From NCBI GenBank assembly GCA_021325135.1, contig JAJPHT010000022.1, positions 41,570 to 105,569 of the forward strand: a stretch of DNA of 64,000 nt. The letters are read 5' to 3'. Below the pieces are notes generated by a model. It was not told the origin of the DNA. It ran no database searches and saw nothing but the letters and a program-made list of their open reading frames with translations. The position numbers were made by a program, and so were the translations under genes. The stretch comes from Pseudomonadota bacterium (GTDB lineage Archaea; Thermoplasmatota; SW-10-69-26; JACQPN01; JAJPHT01). Positions 19,759 through 30,200 of this stretch are shown one piece after another (the stretch's first letter is position 1; every line of letters begins with the position of its first letter).

Positions 19759-19859
19759 GGTTCTCAAAGGGGTTCCCCGGGCCTGGAGCGGACTGGCGCA
19801 GAAAATAACAGACGACCGTGCAGCCGGCCTTCTGCGGGCGCGGCCTTGGGGGCGGGGTG

Positions 19860-20597
19860 TCACGGCGCGCGCGCCGGCAGCCGCGGCTTGGGGCTCGTGG
19901 GCCGGAACCGCAGGCGCAGGAGCGTCTGGAGGAAGCGCACGAACTCCGAGGGGCCCAGCTTGGACTTGCCCACGGTGCGGTTCTCGAACGTGATGGGCAC
20001 CTCGACGATGCGCAGGCCCGCGCGGCGCGCGAGGTGCAGCGCCTCCACCTGGAACGCGTAGCCGTCGCTCTGCGCGAGCTGCACGACGCCCGCCGCGCCG
20101 CGCACGTAGGCGCGGTAGCCGCTGGTGGCGTCGCCCACGGGGAGGCCCAGCAGCATGCGCGCGAGGAGGTTGCCCACGCCGCTGACGAGCTTGCGGTACC
20201 AGTTCCAGCCCACGATGCGCCCCTGCGGCGTGTAGCGCGAGCCCACCGCGACGTCGGCGCCGCTCTCCACGGCCTCGATGAGCGCGGGAAGATAGCGCGG
20301 GTCGTGGGAGAGGTCGGCGTCCATCTCGAAGACGACGTCCCCCTTCGCCGCCGCGAAGCCGTCGCGGTACGCGCTGCCCAGGCCGCTCTTGGCGGGGCGC
20401 TGGATCACGCGGATCGGGTGCTTGGCCGCCAGGTCCCGGGCAAGGTCCGCCGTGCCGTCAGGGCTCGAGTCGTCCACGACCACGATCTCGTAGTCGATGG
20501 GCATGTGCTCGGCGATGGCCGCGACAAGGCGAGGCAGGTTCTGCCGCTCGTTGTAGGTCGGCACCACGATGCTCGCGTGACGCGCCCGGCGATCCAT
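19860..20597 (-). CDS. Polyprenol-phosphate mannose synthase-like GT2 glycosyltransferase
   Basis: VVPTYNE, VVDDSSPDGT, GLGSAY..GF, MDADLSHDP, GSRY, D.TSGYR. Confidence 0.93.
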   Translation of the reverse strand: MDRRARHASIVVPTYNERQNLPRLVAAIAEHMPIDYEIVVVDDSSPDGTADLARDLAAKHPIRVIQRPAKSGLGSAYRDGFAAAKGDVVFEMDADLSHDPRYLPALIEAVESGADVAVGSRYTPQGRIVGWNWYRKLVSGVGNLLARMLLGLPVGDATSGYRAYVRGAAGVVQLAQSDGYAFQVEALHLARRAGLRIVEVPITFENRTVGKSKLGPSEFVRFLQTLLRLRFRPTSPKPRLPARAP

Positions 20598-20741
20598 GCG
20601 CCCGCGGCTCGCTGCTGCGAGAAAATCGCCTGTGGTACACCCGTGGAAGGCGTCCGGCTGACCGGCTGGAGGCCGCTTCCCCGCTTCGGCCCGCGCCCTC
20701 TGTACCAGAAACCACTCCAACCACGCGGCCGACGCGCGCGC

Positions 20742-21767
20742 ATGGCCTCGTCCAGGCTCAAGGCTGCCCTCCTTCTCGGTCTCGGCCTGGCGCTCCTCGC
20801 CGCCATGGTCCTCTGGGTGGGGCCCTCCAAGGTGCTCCTCGCCCTCTCGCGCGCCTCGCCGGTCTACCTCGCGCTGGCGTTGGCCGCCTACGCGACGTTC
20901 TTCGTGCTGCGCGGCTGGCGCTGGAAGACGCTCTTCGCCCAGAGCGCGCCCGAGGTGCGCATGCGCTCGACGACGGGCATCACCGCCGTGGGCTGGCTCG
21001 CCAACAGCATCCTGCCCCTCAAGGGCGGCGACGTGCTGCGCGCGGCCCTCCTGGCGAAGAAGGAGAAGGTGGGCCTCGGGCCCGCCGCCAGCACCGTCGC
21101 CCTGGAGCGCGTGCTGGACATGCTGGGCCTCGCCATCGTCGCCGCCGTGGGGCTCCTCCTCGTGCCCGACGACGGCGCGCTGCCCCGCGGCATCGCCCGC
21201 GCGCTGGAGATCGCGTGGATCCTCCCCATCGCGGGCCTCGTCATCCTCGCCGTCCTGGTCGTCATGCGCGACCGCGTGATCGCGCTGGCCACGCGCACCG
21301 TGGGCCAGTGGGGGCCCTTCGGCGTCCGCCTGGTGGAGTACCTCGCGACGACGCTCGCGGGCCTCGCCGCCCTGGCCAAGCGCCCGCGCCTGCTGCTTGC
21401 CCTCGTGCCGCAGAGCGTCGTCGTCGCCATCGCGCAGGCGGCCGTGTTCGCCTTCCTCGTGGAGGCGTTCCTGCCTGGCACGCCGCTTCTGCTGGCCTTC
21501 GGCGGCGCGAGCCTCTTCCTGCTCTCGTTCGTCGTGAGCATCACGCCGGGCAACGTGGGCACCTACGAGGCGGCCTTCGTCGCCGTCTACGCCGCGCTGG
21601 GCCTCCCCACGGCCCTCGTCGTCCCCGCGGCCATCCTCACGCACCTCACGACCACCATGATCGTCGCCCTGCTGGGAAGCCTCGGGCTCCTCTCGCTGGG
21701 CGTCGGGAGCAAGGGATTCTCGTGGCTTCCCGCGCGCCTCTCGCGCCCCAGGAGTGAGACGCCGTGA
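20742..21767 (+). CDS. Lysylphosphatidylglycerol synthase TM-domain / flippase-like membrane protein
   Basis: RG.RW..L, N..LP.KGGD..RA, ER..D, TPGNVGTYE. Confidence 0.88.
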   Translation: MASSRLKAALLLGLGLALLAAMVLWVGPSKVLLALSRASPVYLALALAAYATFFVLRGWRWKTLFAQSAPEVRMRSTTGITAVGWLANSILPLKGGDVLRAALLAKKEKVGLGPAASTVALERVLDMLGLAIVAAVGLLLVPDDGALPRGIARALEIAWILPIAGLVILAVLVVMRDRVIALATRTVGQWGPFGVRLVEYLATTLAGLAALAKRPRLLLALVPQSVVVAIAQAAVFAFLVEAFLPGTPLLLAFGGASLFLLSFVVSITPGNVGTYEAAFVAVYAALGLPTALVVPAAILTHLTTTMIVALLGSLGLLSLGVGSKGFSWLPARLSRPRSETP

Positions 21768-22987
21768 AGGCCGCCATGACGTACCCCACCTACGTCCACG
21801 ACCTCGTCGAGGGCGTCAGCAAGAACGTGCACCACCTCCGCGAGGCGCTCAACGAGCGGGGCGTCGACGCCGTGGACGACTCGCCCCGCGTCGACGTCGC
21901 CGACATGAACAGCAAGATCGTGTACGTGAAGCAGGGCGTCCGCGCCTACAAGCGCGTGCGCGCCGCGCTGGAGGACCCCAGCGTGGACGTCGTCCACTAC
22001 CACGTCTCCATCCCCGGCATGGCCGTGTGGGCGGCGCTGGCCCGCGCGCGCAGCCGCAGCCGCACGCCCATGGTGCTCCACCTCTGGAACCCGTGGTTCG
22101 ACGCCAACGACATCCACGTCGACGCGGGCCGCGACGCGAGCTATCACCGCCTCTTCAACGGCGCGTTCACCGCGACGCCGTGGCTCGCCAGCTTCGATGG
22201 CATCGTCGTCTCCAGCGACTACCAGCGCCGCCAGCTCGCGGCCCGGGGCATCCCGCGCGTGAGCGTCATCCCCAACGGCGTGGACCTCGACGCGTACCCG
22301 CCGGCCCCGGCCGACTCGACGCGCCGCAACGCCCGCCGCGAGCTTGGCCTCCCCGTCGACCGCACGCTCCTTCTCTACTACGGCCACCTGACGCCGTGGA
22401 AGGGCGTGCGCGTGCTCGTCGACGCGCTGCCCCGCGCCCTGGCCGAGAACCCCGACGCGGACCTCGTCATCGCGCGCACGCGCTACGGCCGGGACGAGCG
22501 GGCGATCCGCGACCGGCTGCGCCAGCTGGGCCTCCTGGACCGCGTGCGCTTCCTGGGCGTCTGCGACGTGCCGCTCCTCCTTCAGGCCGTCGACTGCGGC
22601 GTCGTGCCCGCCACCGCGGCCGTGGGGACCGCGTGCCACCCCAACGTCGTGCTGGAGTACCACAGCGCGGGCGTGCCCATCGTCGCCTCGCACGTGGGGA
22701 GCATCCCCGAGGCGGTCCTGGCGGACGAGACGGGCCTCCTCGCGACGCCCGGCGACCCGCAGGACCTGGGCGACAAGCTCGCGCGCCTGCTCTCCGACGA
22801 GCCGCTGCGGCGCCGCATGGGGCAGGCCGCGCGCCGGCACGCCGAGGCGCAGTTCGACTGGCGCGACATCGCGCGCCGCTACGAGGCCGCGCTGGGCGAC
22901 GTCATCGGCGCCTCCAGCGCCGAGCGCGCGGGCCGCGACGCGACGCGCGCCTGGCTGCGCGCCTCGCGGGCTCGCCGCTCCCCGTAA
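21764..22987 (+). CDS. GT4 glycosyltransferase
   Basis: VIPNGVD, G.L..WKG, PNVVLE...G.PIVAS.VG.IPE. Confidence 0.92.
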   Translation: MKAAMTYPTYVHDLVEGVSKNVHHLREALNERGVDAVDDSPRVDVADMNSKIVYVKQGVRAYKRVRAALEDPSVDVVHYHVSIPGMAVWAALARARSRSRTPMVLHLWNPWFDANDIHVDAGRDASYHRLFNGAFTATPWLASFDGIVVSSDYQRRQLAARGIPRVSVIPNGVDLDAYPPAPADSTRRNARRELGLPVDRTLLLYYGHLTPWKGVRVLVDALPRALAENPDADLVIARTRYGRDERAIRDRLRQLGLLDRVRFLGVCDVPLLLQAVDCGVVPATAAVGTACHPNVVLEYHSAGVPIVASHVGSIPEAVLADETGLLATPGDPQDLGDKLARLLSDEPLRRRMGQAARRHAEAQFDWRDIARRYEAALGDVIGASSAERAGRDATRAWLRASRARRSP

Positions 22988-23128
22988 GGGGCCCTCCGCC
23001 GCCCGGCTCCGCGGTCCGTTCGACGGTCCCGGCGCCAGGGAGGCGGGCGTCTTCCACGATAGTACCAGAAAGGTCCAGCCCTCCCCGAGGAGCCCTCGCG
23101 CAGCCACCCCGCCAGGGGGAACTTCACC

Positions 23129-23806
23129 ATGATCGCCAAGACCTCCACCTTCGCCACGCTCGTGCTCGCCTGCGCCCTGGCGCTGGCGGCGCCCCTCGTC
23201 GCCGCCCAGGACAACTCGGCGATGCACGGCCAGGACTCCGAGTTCGGCAGCGTCAGGGCCCCCTACACGCTCACCATCAACGGGCAGCGGGCCCACATCG
23301 ACGGGCACGTCATCCTCAAGACGACGTACTCCGAGCAGAACGCCCGCTTCTTCATGTTCGCCATCAGCGTCGAGAACTCGCCCTCCCTCGACGTCACGTA
23401 CGACCACCTCGTCCGCACGGACACCAACAAGGAGCTGCCCTGCGTGCGCCCCAAGGAGGGCGACTCGCACAGCAGCCTGCGCTGCTTCGTGGACCTCAAG
23501 GACCTCCCGCCCACCGGCACGGAGATCCTTATCCAGGGCACCGTGGGCGCCAGCAAGCTGGGCAGCTTCCAGGTGGGCTTCAACGTCATCGCCTTCGACT
23601 ACAACTACGCCAAGGTCAAGATGAGCAACGGGCTGGAGGCCGAGCTGTACGGCTACAGCGAGGTCACGGTCCAGAAGACGACCGCCCAGGAGAGCGGCGG
23701 GCTCATCGGCATGGGCAACAAGGTGCCGGCCCCGGGCGTCGCGGGCGTCCTCGCCGTGGGCGCCCTGGCCGCGGTCCTCCTGGGCGCGCGCAGGCGCCGC
23801 GCCTGA
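23129..23806 (+). CDS. Secreted protein with VPAPG-type C-terminal sorting signal
   Basis: Signal peptide; C-terminal KVPAPG + TM + RRRRA. Confidence 0.8.
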   Translation: MIAKTSTFATLVLACALALAAPLVAAQDNSAMHGQDSEFGSVRAPYTLTINGQRAHIDGHVILKTTYSEQNARFFMFAISVENSPSLDVTYDHLVRTDTNKELPCVRPKEGDSHSSLRCFVDLKDLPPTGTEILIQGTVGASKLGSFQVGFNVIAFDYNYAKVKMSNGLEAELYGYSEVTVQKTTAQESGGLIGMGNKVPAPGVAGVLAVGALAAVLLGARRRRA

Positions 23807-23853
23807 GCCCCCCTTTCGCGAGCTTCAAGCCCGAAGCGAGCCCTGCCCGCCGC

Positions 23854-24813
23854 GTGGACGTGGCCAGCGGCAACGGCGTGCAGGTCGCTTCGGGGGGCCG
23901 GACCCTCTTCCTCGACCCCAAGCGCGCCACCGCCTCGTCTGTCGTGACGCACGGGCACACGGACCACCTCGTGCCCGACGCGCACATGACGCCCCCCACG
24001 CTGGATTTCCTGCGCGTCCGCAAGCCCGCCCGCAACGGGAGCCCGCTCCCCTACGGGAAGACGATGGAGATCGCGGGCATGTCCGTCCTCCTCCACGACG
24101 CGGGCCACATCTTCGGCAGCGCCATGGTGGAGGTCACGACGCCGGAAGGAACGCTCCTCTACACGGGCGACTTCAATCCGCGCGGCAGCTTCACCACGGG
24201 GAAGGCCGAGCCGCGCGAGGTCCGCGTGCTCGTCACCGAGAGCACGTATGGCGACCCCCGCTTCGACCTGCCGCCGCGCGAGCTGGTGCTGGAGAGCCTG
24301 GAGGCGTGGGCGCTCAACCGGCTCCTCAAGGGGCCCGTGGCGCTGGGCGCCTACCCCCTGGGGCGCGCGCAGGAGTTGATCTTCCTTGCGAACCGCGCGG
24401 GGGTCACGCCCATCGTGAGCCCCGAGATCGGCGCGTTGACCGCCGTCTACAACGCCCACGGGCACGACCTGGGCTACGCCGTGCTGGGCACCGAGCGGGC
24501 GCGCGACCTCGCCCCCAGCGGCGCGCTCCACATCGTGCCCCGCGAGTGGCTCAAGCGCGACCACGACTTCGCGCGCGGGCTGGAGGCGCGCGGCGGCTCC
24601 GCGGCGTACCTCAGCGGCTGGTGCCATCGCTACAGCTACTTCGGCGCGTTCGCCATCCAGGCGCAGTTCGCCTTGAGCGACCACGCGAGCTTCCCCGATC
24701 TCGTGGCGTTCGCCGAGGCCTGCCGCCCGCAGCGAGTCTACACGATGCACGGCGCCGCCTCGCACCTGGCTCGCGAGCTGCGCAAGCGGGGGCTCCAGGC
24801 CGAGCCCCTGTAA
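23854..24813 (+). CDS. Metallo-beta-lactamase/beta-CASP nuclease
   Basis: THGHTDH, AGH.FGS, YTGDF, ESTYG, LGRAQE, LSDHA, HG. Confidence 0.9.
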   Translation: MDVASGNGVQVASGGRTLFLDPKRATASSVVTHGHTDHLVPDAHMTPPTLDFLRVRKPARNGSPLPYGKTMEIAGMSVLLHDAGHIFGSAMVEVTTPEGTLLYTGDFNPRGSFTTGKAEPREVRVLVTESTYGDPRFDLPPRELVLESLEAWALNRLLKGPVALGAYPLGRAQELIFLANRAGVTPIVSPEIGALTAVYNAHGHDLGYAVLGTERARDLAPSGALHIVPREWLKRDHDFARGLEARGGSAAYLSGWCHRYSYFGAFAIQAQFALSDHASFPDLVAFAEACRPQRVYTMHGAASHLARELRKRGLQAEPL

Positions 24814-24884
24814 CAGCGGGCGCCCGACGCGCCGCTGCTCGCGCCATCGCGCAAGGGCGGAGCTAGATGAATGGTGTGAAAGCA

Positions 24885-25170
24885 AGGATCGGGCCGCTAA
24901 CATTATCCTCTGGACGACCATGCAAGGTCGCTCCCGGGCCGCAAGATCCCGCCTAACAAAACTCTTCCCCGGGAGTCGTCCCCGTGGGCCCGCAGGCCCG
25001 CCCCCTTTGCTCAAGCAACCTGCGGGCCCTTCTGCTCACCGTCAGGAAGAAAGGTCCCGCCGCGAGGAGGCTGAACGGGCGGCGGGTGCTGGGAGGCTGC
25101 CCGGCAAGGCCGGGTCGGAGGCTACGGGGGCAGCCCGCGTCCGCGAGCCGCTCCGCGTGGCCTCGTTCCT
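24885..25170. ncRNA. Candidate structured ncRNA (unassigned) between convergent genes
   Basis: At least five 7-11 bp stems in a ~400-nt gap with no credible ORF. Confidence 0.35.
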
Positions 25171-25234
25171 CCACGTGACCATAAGCTCCTCGCTTTCGCG
25201 CCAGGCCCGTTCGTCACGATGACGGCGCGCGCCG

Positions 25235-25582
25235 TCACGGTGACGGTCGCCTGGGGGAGTGCTTGCGGACGCGCACGTCCTCGGTGAGGACCAGCCCCTC
25301 GGCCACGAGCGCGGCGACCTCGGGGAGGACGGCCTCGATCTTCTCCGGGCGGTCCACGGCCTCGATGAGGATGGGGAGGTCCTGCGACAAGCGCAGCGGG
25401 CTCGCGGCGTGGAGGACCGATTTGGCGCCGAAGCCCATGACGCCGCGGAAGGCGGTGGCGCCCCAGAGGCCGCGCTCGCGCAGCAGCTTCACCAGGTGCT
25501 TGTAGAGCGCCTCGTGGCCGTGCTTGTCCGCCTCGCCCACGTAGATGCGCAGGATCATCGCGCGCTCGCCCAGGTCGTCCAC
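25235..25582 (-). CDS. DUF190 (PII-like) protein
   Basis: LRIY.GE.D, GAT.FRG..GFG, LS.DLP..IE.VD; directly after crcB. Confidence 0.92.
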   Translation of the reverse strand: MDDLGERAMILRIYVGEADKHGHEALYKHLVKLLRERGLWGATAFRGVMGFGAKSVLHAASPLRLSQDLPILIEAVDRPEKIEAVLPEVAALVAEGLVLTEDVRVRKHSPRRPSP

Positions 25583-25586
25583 GGGA

Positions 25587-25982
25587 TCACCTCGCCGCCG
25601 GGATCGCCAGCGCCAGCGCGCGCCCCGCGAGCGCCATGCCGAGGCTGCCAAGGATCGTGAGGGCCGCGTAGGCCGCGGCGCGCGCCACCTCGCCGTCGTC
25701 CAGGAAGGCCGTGGTCTCGTAGGCGAAGCTGCTCATGGTGGTGAACCCTCCCAGGACGCCGGTGACGAAGAAGACGCGCGCGTCGGGGCCGAGCCAGCCC
25801 TGGTTGAAGCCGCCGAAGACCAAGAGCGCGATGAGGAAGGAGCCCGAGAGGTTCACGAGCACCGTGCCCCACGGGAAGTCCGCGCGCGTGAGCCACACGC
25901 CCGCGAAGTAGCGCAGCACGCACCCCAGCGCGCCCCCCAGCGCGACGAGGCCCGCCGCGCGCAGCGACCAGTCCGCAGCCAT
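25587..25982 (-). CDS. crcB: Fluoride efflux channel CrcB/Fluc
   Basis: GGALG..LRY, GT..VN..GSF, TG.LGGFTT.SSF..E. Confidence 0.95.
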   Translation of the reverse strand: MAADWSLRAAGLVALGGALGCVLRYFAGVWLTRADFPWGTVLVNLSGSFLIALLVFGGFNQGWLGPDARVFFVTGVLGGFTTMSSFAYETTAFLDDGEVARAAAYAALTILGSLGMALAGRALALAIPAAR

Positions 25983-26077
25983 CGGGGCGCCACGCGGGCC
26001 GCGCCGCTTGACCCCTTCGATCCGTCGCCCCGCGGAGCTTCGACGGCTTCAGGCGCACCCGGCGCGTGCCCACGCGC

Positions 26078-26548
26078 ATGGCCGCGGCCGGCGCCGCCTT
26101 CACCCCCGGCTCGCTCCTTCAGGGGGCATGGGACCTCCTCCGCGAGCACCCCCTTCCGCTGCTCCTGCCCCTGGTGGTCATGGGCCTCGTGGGCCTCGCG
26201 CTGATGGCCATCGTCCTGGTCTTCCTGCTCCTCGCGGCGCAGGTCGTCGTGTGGCTCGTCACGATGGAGTCCGCGCGGCTCGCCCTGGCCCGCCGCGAGG
26301 CGCCTCGCCTGGGAGAGGGGTGGCGGTCGGTGTAGCGGCGCGCGACCGAAGGGCGCCGCGGCGAGCTGGTCCTCGCGCTCCTCGTCCTCGTCGTCGCGCA
26401 GGTGGCGGCCGACGCCCTCCTGGGCCTGCTGCCGGCGCTTGGCGCGCTGCTGGCGGGCGTCGTCGCGGGCCTCTTCGGCGCGGCGCGGGCGGCGACGCTG
26501 GCCGTCTACCGCCACAGGAGGCTTTCAAGCACGGCGCCGGCCCCATGA
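26078..26548 (+). pseudogene. Membrane-protein paralog of the downstream gene, interrupted by in-frame TAG (26333-26335)
   Basis: Frame continues 70 codons past the TAG with hydrophobic sequence aligning to the C-terminus of 26553-27293. Confidence 0.65.
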
Positions 26549-26552
26549 TATC

Positions 26553-27293
26553 ATGGACAGCCCCGCCCTCCGCCCCGGCGCGCTCCTCTCCGAGACGCTC
26601 GACCTCCTCAAGGCGCACCCCGTCTCCCTGCTCCTGCCCCTGGTCCTCCTCGGCCTCGTGGACGGCGGCGGCCAGGGGCAGCCCCGCTACGCGTTCCGCC
26701 CCGGTGAGTCGCCCCTGCTCCTGCTGCCCTTCTTCGCGTTCCTGGGCGTCGTCGCGCTGGTGGTGGTCGCGCTCCTCGTCGCCGCCACCTGCTTCGCGGT
26801 CCTCATGACCGCCAAGGCCGCGCGCGCCGCGTCCATGGAGAGCCGCGGCATGGACCTCGCCGAGGCGTTCCGCGAGGCGCGCCCCCTCTTCGTGCCCAGC
26901 CTCGGCACGTTCCTCCTCTGGCTCCTCGTGGTGGCCGTGGGCTTCGTCCTCCTCGTGGTGCCGGGCTTCATCGCCCTTGCGGGCCTCCTCCCGCTCCCCG
27001 GCGTCGTCGTGGCGGAGGGCCTCCAGGGGACGGCCGCGCTGCGCCGCGCGTGGGACCTCACCCGCGGCCACCGCTGGAGCCTCTTCCTCGCCATCGTGCT
27101 GCTCTTCGTCATCGACCTCGCCGCGAGCGTGCTGCTGCGCTGGATCCCCTTCGTGGGCGCCGCGCTGGCGGGCCTCGTGGGCGGCGCCGTGCTCGCGGCC
27201 AGCGTCGTCCTGGGCGTGTGCGCGCACGAGCACCTGCGCCACGACGCGCCGCGCCACGCCGGCGTCGTCGCGCAGGGCGCGCCCTTCCCGTGA
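26553..27293 (+). CDS. Polytopic membrane protein (GDPD membrane-domain-like)
   Basis: ~6 TM; GF.LLVVPG, VV.EG....ALRRAW.LTRG.RW. Confidence 0.8.
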   Translation: MDSPALRPGALLSETLDLLKAHPVSLLLPLVLLGLVDGGGQGQPRYAFRPGESPLLLLPFFAFLGVVALVVVALLVAATCFAVLMTAKAARAASMESRGMDLAEAFREARPLFVPSLGTFLLWLLVVAVGFVLLVVPGFIALAGLLPLPGVVVAEGLQGTAALRRAWDLTRGHRWSLFLAIVLLFVIDLAASVLLRWIPFVGAALAGLVGGAVLAASVVLGVCAHEHLRHDAPRHAGVVAQGAPFP

Positions 27294-27299
27294 GGCGGC

Positions 27300-30200
27300 T
27301 CACGGCGGGGCCAGCACCCGCGCGCCCCACGCGTCCATGGCGAGCCCGTGCCACTTCCCGTCGTCCCCCTTCGCGACGGCGGTGAACGTCACCTGGTCCA
27401 CGGGCTCTCCGTCGCGCCAACCCCCCATCTCGAAGTTCGGGAACTCTTGCGCGAGCTGCGCCGGGTGATAGCTCACCAGGGGCCCGCCGGGCGTGGTGGC
27501 CCGCGAGCCCAGCGCCCACCCGGGCATCCACGCCGTCGCATGCCCTTCGGCGGGCGCCGCGCCCAGCGCCATGTCGCCGCCCTGGGGCAGGAACGCGGGG
27601 GCCGGCGGGCTCAGACGCGACGCGCCGGCGTCCGCGACGTAGAAGACGTAGTCCGGCTGGCCCTCGTCGAGCCCGCCTTCGAGGCAGGGCCACGCGGCGT
27701 CCCGGGCGGGCGGGCACGCGACGACGCGCGCCTCCACGCGCCACACGCCCGGCTCGTCCACGACGAAGTTGAGGGCGGGGTCGTGCACGTGCCCCCAGGC
27801 GTTGGCCTGCGTCGCGAACGCGCGGACCTTGCCCGACGGGCTCGTGACGTTGAGGTAGAGGCGCTGCGGGCCCAGCGGCACAAGGTAGCCCCCGAAGTCC
27901 GCCGTGTCGCCCGCGACGAGGAGCGAGCCGGGCCGCGTCCCCGTGGGGTCGTAGAACGCGCGCACGTCGTGGCCGCCGATCCTGAAGAGCGGCGTCGCGG
28001 CGGGGTCGAACGGGCTGTCCACGCGCGTCCCCTTGGCGTCGCCCTGCGGGACGTCGATCCAGAGCGCGCTGTAGGCTCCGGTGAACGACGCGCCGGCGTC
28101 GGGCGCGCGCACCACGGCGCCGCCGAAGAGGAGCTTGTAGTCGTTGGGCGCGTCGCCTTGCGGCCCCATGCCAGGCTGGAGGGCATACGTGTCCTCGCCA
28201 AAGCGCCAGTAGGCGCGCGGCACGAGGTCCTCCCGCGCCGACTCGCGCACGCGAACGCCCGGCTTCTCCACCGTCGCGTAGGCGTAGGCCGTCCGCTGGA
28301 GCGTCCCGCCCACGTGGACGTCCGCGCCCGAGGCCGTCGCGCTGAAGAGCGGCCCGATCCCGGATTGATAGCGCGGCGCCACCACGTCCTGGCCGAAGCC
28401 CGGCGTCTCGGGGCCGTCGCTCTGGGGGAGCGTGATGCCGGTGACGCCCTGCGCCTTGGCCTCCAGCAGCGGCGCGAACGCGTTCGCGGGGTCGGCCGCG
28501 GTGAGGGCGACCTTCATGGCGTCGTCGTCCGTCTCCCACGCGACGTCGCCCGCGAAGTAGGGGAAGTTCAGGTGGTCGCCCCCCACGGGGATGCCCGTGT
28601 CGCGGCGCTCGAAGCGCGTCTTGTCCTGCGCCGAGAGGTCGATGCCGGGGCGGCCGTGCAGCTCGACGCCTCCCGTGGGGTCCGCCACCACGCCGCCGAA
28701 CGACCACGCCGCGGCCCAGAGCCTTCCCGAGGCGTCCGTGTGGTTGGCGTAGACGTCGACGCGGTACTCGCCGGGCTGCGTGGGCCGGACGGGCTGGCCC
28801 GCGTGCGGGTGGACCCAGCCGAACTCGCTCGCGTCGGCCTCGGTCGTGCTGTCCACCGTCAGCGCGGCGTCGGGCCCCGTCCACTCGCGGAAGCGGTACG
28901 TCACGTGCGCGGGCATCGGCGGGTGGACCTGCACCGCGCGGTCCACGTACTGCCCCGTCTCCAGGGGCGTCCCGGGCAGCATGCCCAGGTCGAGGTCCAG
29001 CGGCTCCGCCACGAGCACGCGGTAGGTCCCCGAAAGGGCGTAGGCGTTCCCCTGGTCGTCGCGCACCTCGCCCGTCACGCGGATCGTGTGGAGCCCGTCC
29101 TTCGCGAACGCGTGGAGGAACGCCCCATCGTCGGCGGTCGCGAGGCGCGCGACGCCGTCCACGTGGTCGCCGCCGTTGTCGATCATGCCGCCCTCCGCGG
29201 TGGTCGCGGTGCGCGAGACCAGCGTCGCGAAGGGCGCCGGCCCCAGCGTCGTCGTGGCGCCCGACGGGTCGGTGATGGCGACGCTCCAGCTCCCGCCGGG
29301 GAGGACGGGGCGCAGCAGGCGCGGCGCGGCGCCGTCGCGGTCGGTGAGGAGCACCTGCGGCAGGTAGGGGTCGAGAAGGTAGCGGATGGGCGCGCCCGTC
29401 GCGTCCGTGCGCGGCGTCACGTGGAGCGGCGCCTGCCAGGCGATGGCGTTGGTCCAGCCCCAGGCGTCCTCGTCGGCCTGCACGCCGCGGTCCGTCTGCC
29501 CCAGCTGGTCGACCAGGAGGAGCGTCGCGAGGCGCATGGGGGCCGCGAGGCCGCGCGGCAGGATGGAGAGCGGCACGCCGTCCTCGATGACGTACTGCCG
29601 CGCGCTGGTCTCCACCACCTCGTTGGGCGGCGCGCGCGGGCCGTCCACCGGCACGAGGAGCTTCACGGCCCAGCCCCCGGCGGGGAGCCCCGCGGCCTTC
29701 GCGCGCACGTCGACGTCGCAGCGCAGCGTGCTGGCGTCCTCGCGCACGGGCTTGCAGAGCTCGGGATCGGAGAGCGTGGGGTCCGCGCCCTGCGTCATGC
29801 GCTCCAGCGGGAAGCCCGCGGGCGTGCGCGTCGCCGTGGCGAACGCGTCCATGAGGGGCGTGGGGCTCCCCTGCGCGTCGAAGGCGCGGGCGAGCCGCGC
29901 GTGGACGGGCACCGTGGGGAGGTCCGCGCTGGACTGGATGCGCAGCGTGCCGCGCACGCGCACCGTGGCGCCCTCGTCCGCGACCGCGCCGGCGAAGCGC
30001 CACCCCAGGTCGGGCGGCGAGTGCCCCGTGGCGACGGCCTCGCGCTCCCCGGCGGCCAGCGTCACCGGCGCGTGCGCCGCCCGCACGTAGGCCGAGCCGC
30101 GCGTGTGGAGGACGCCCGTGACCTGGTCCGCGATCCGCTCGCCCGGAGGAAGCTGCTCGGGGAGGGTGGCGACCTGCACGTCCGCGCCCTCGCCGCCCGT

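Noticed and set aside
25983-26077. Fluoride riboswitch upstream of crcB
   Set aside because: No GGxGAUG...CUGAUG consensus visible; the short gap is shared with a divergent gene
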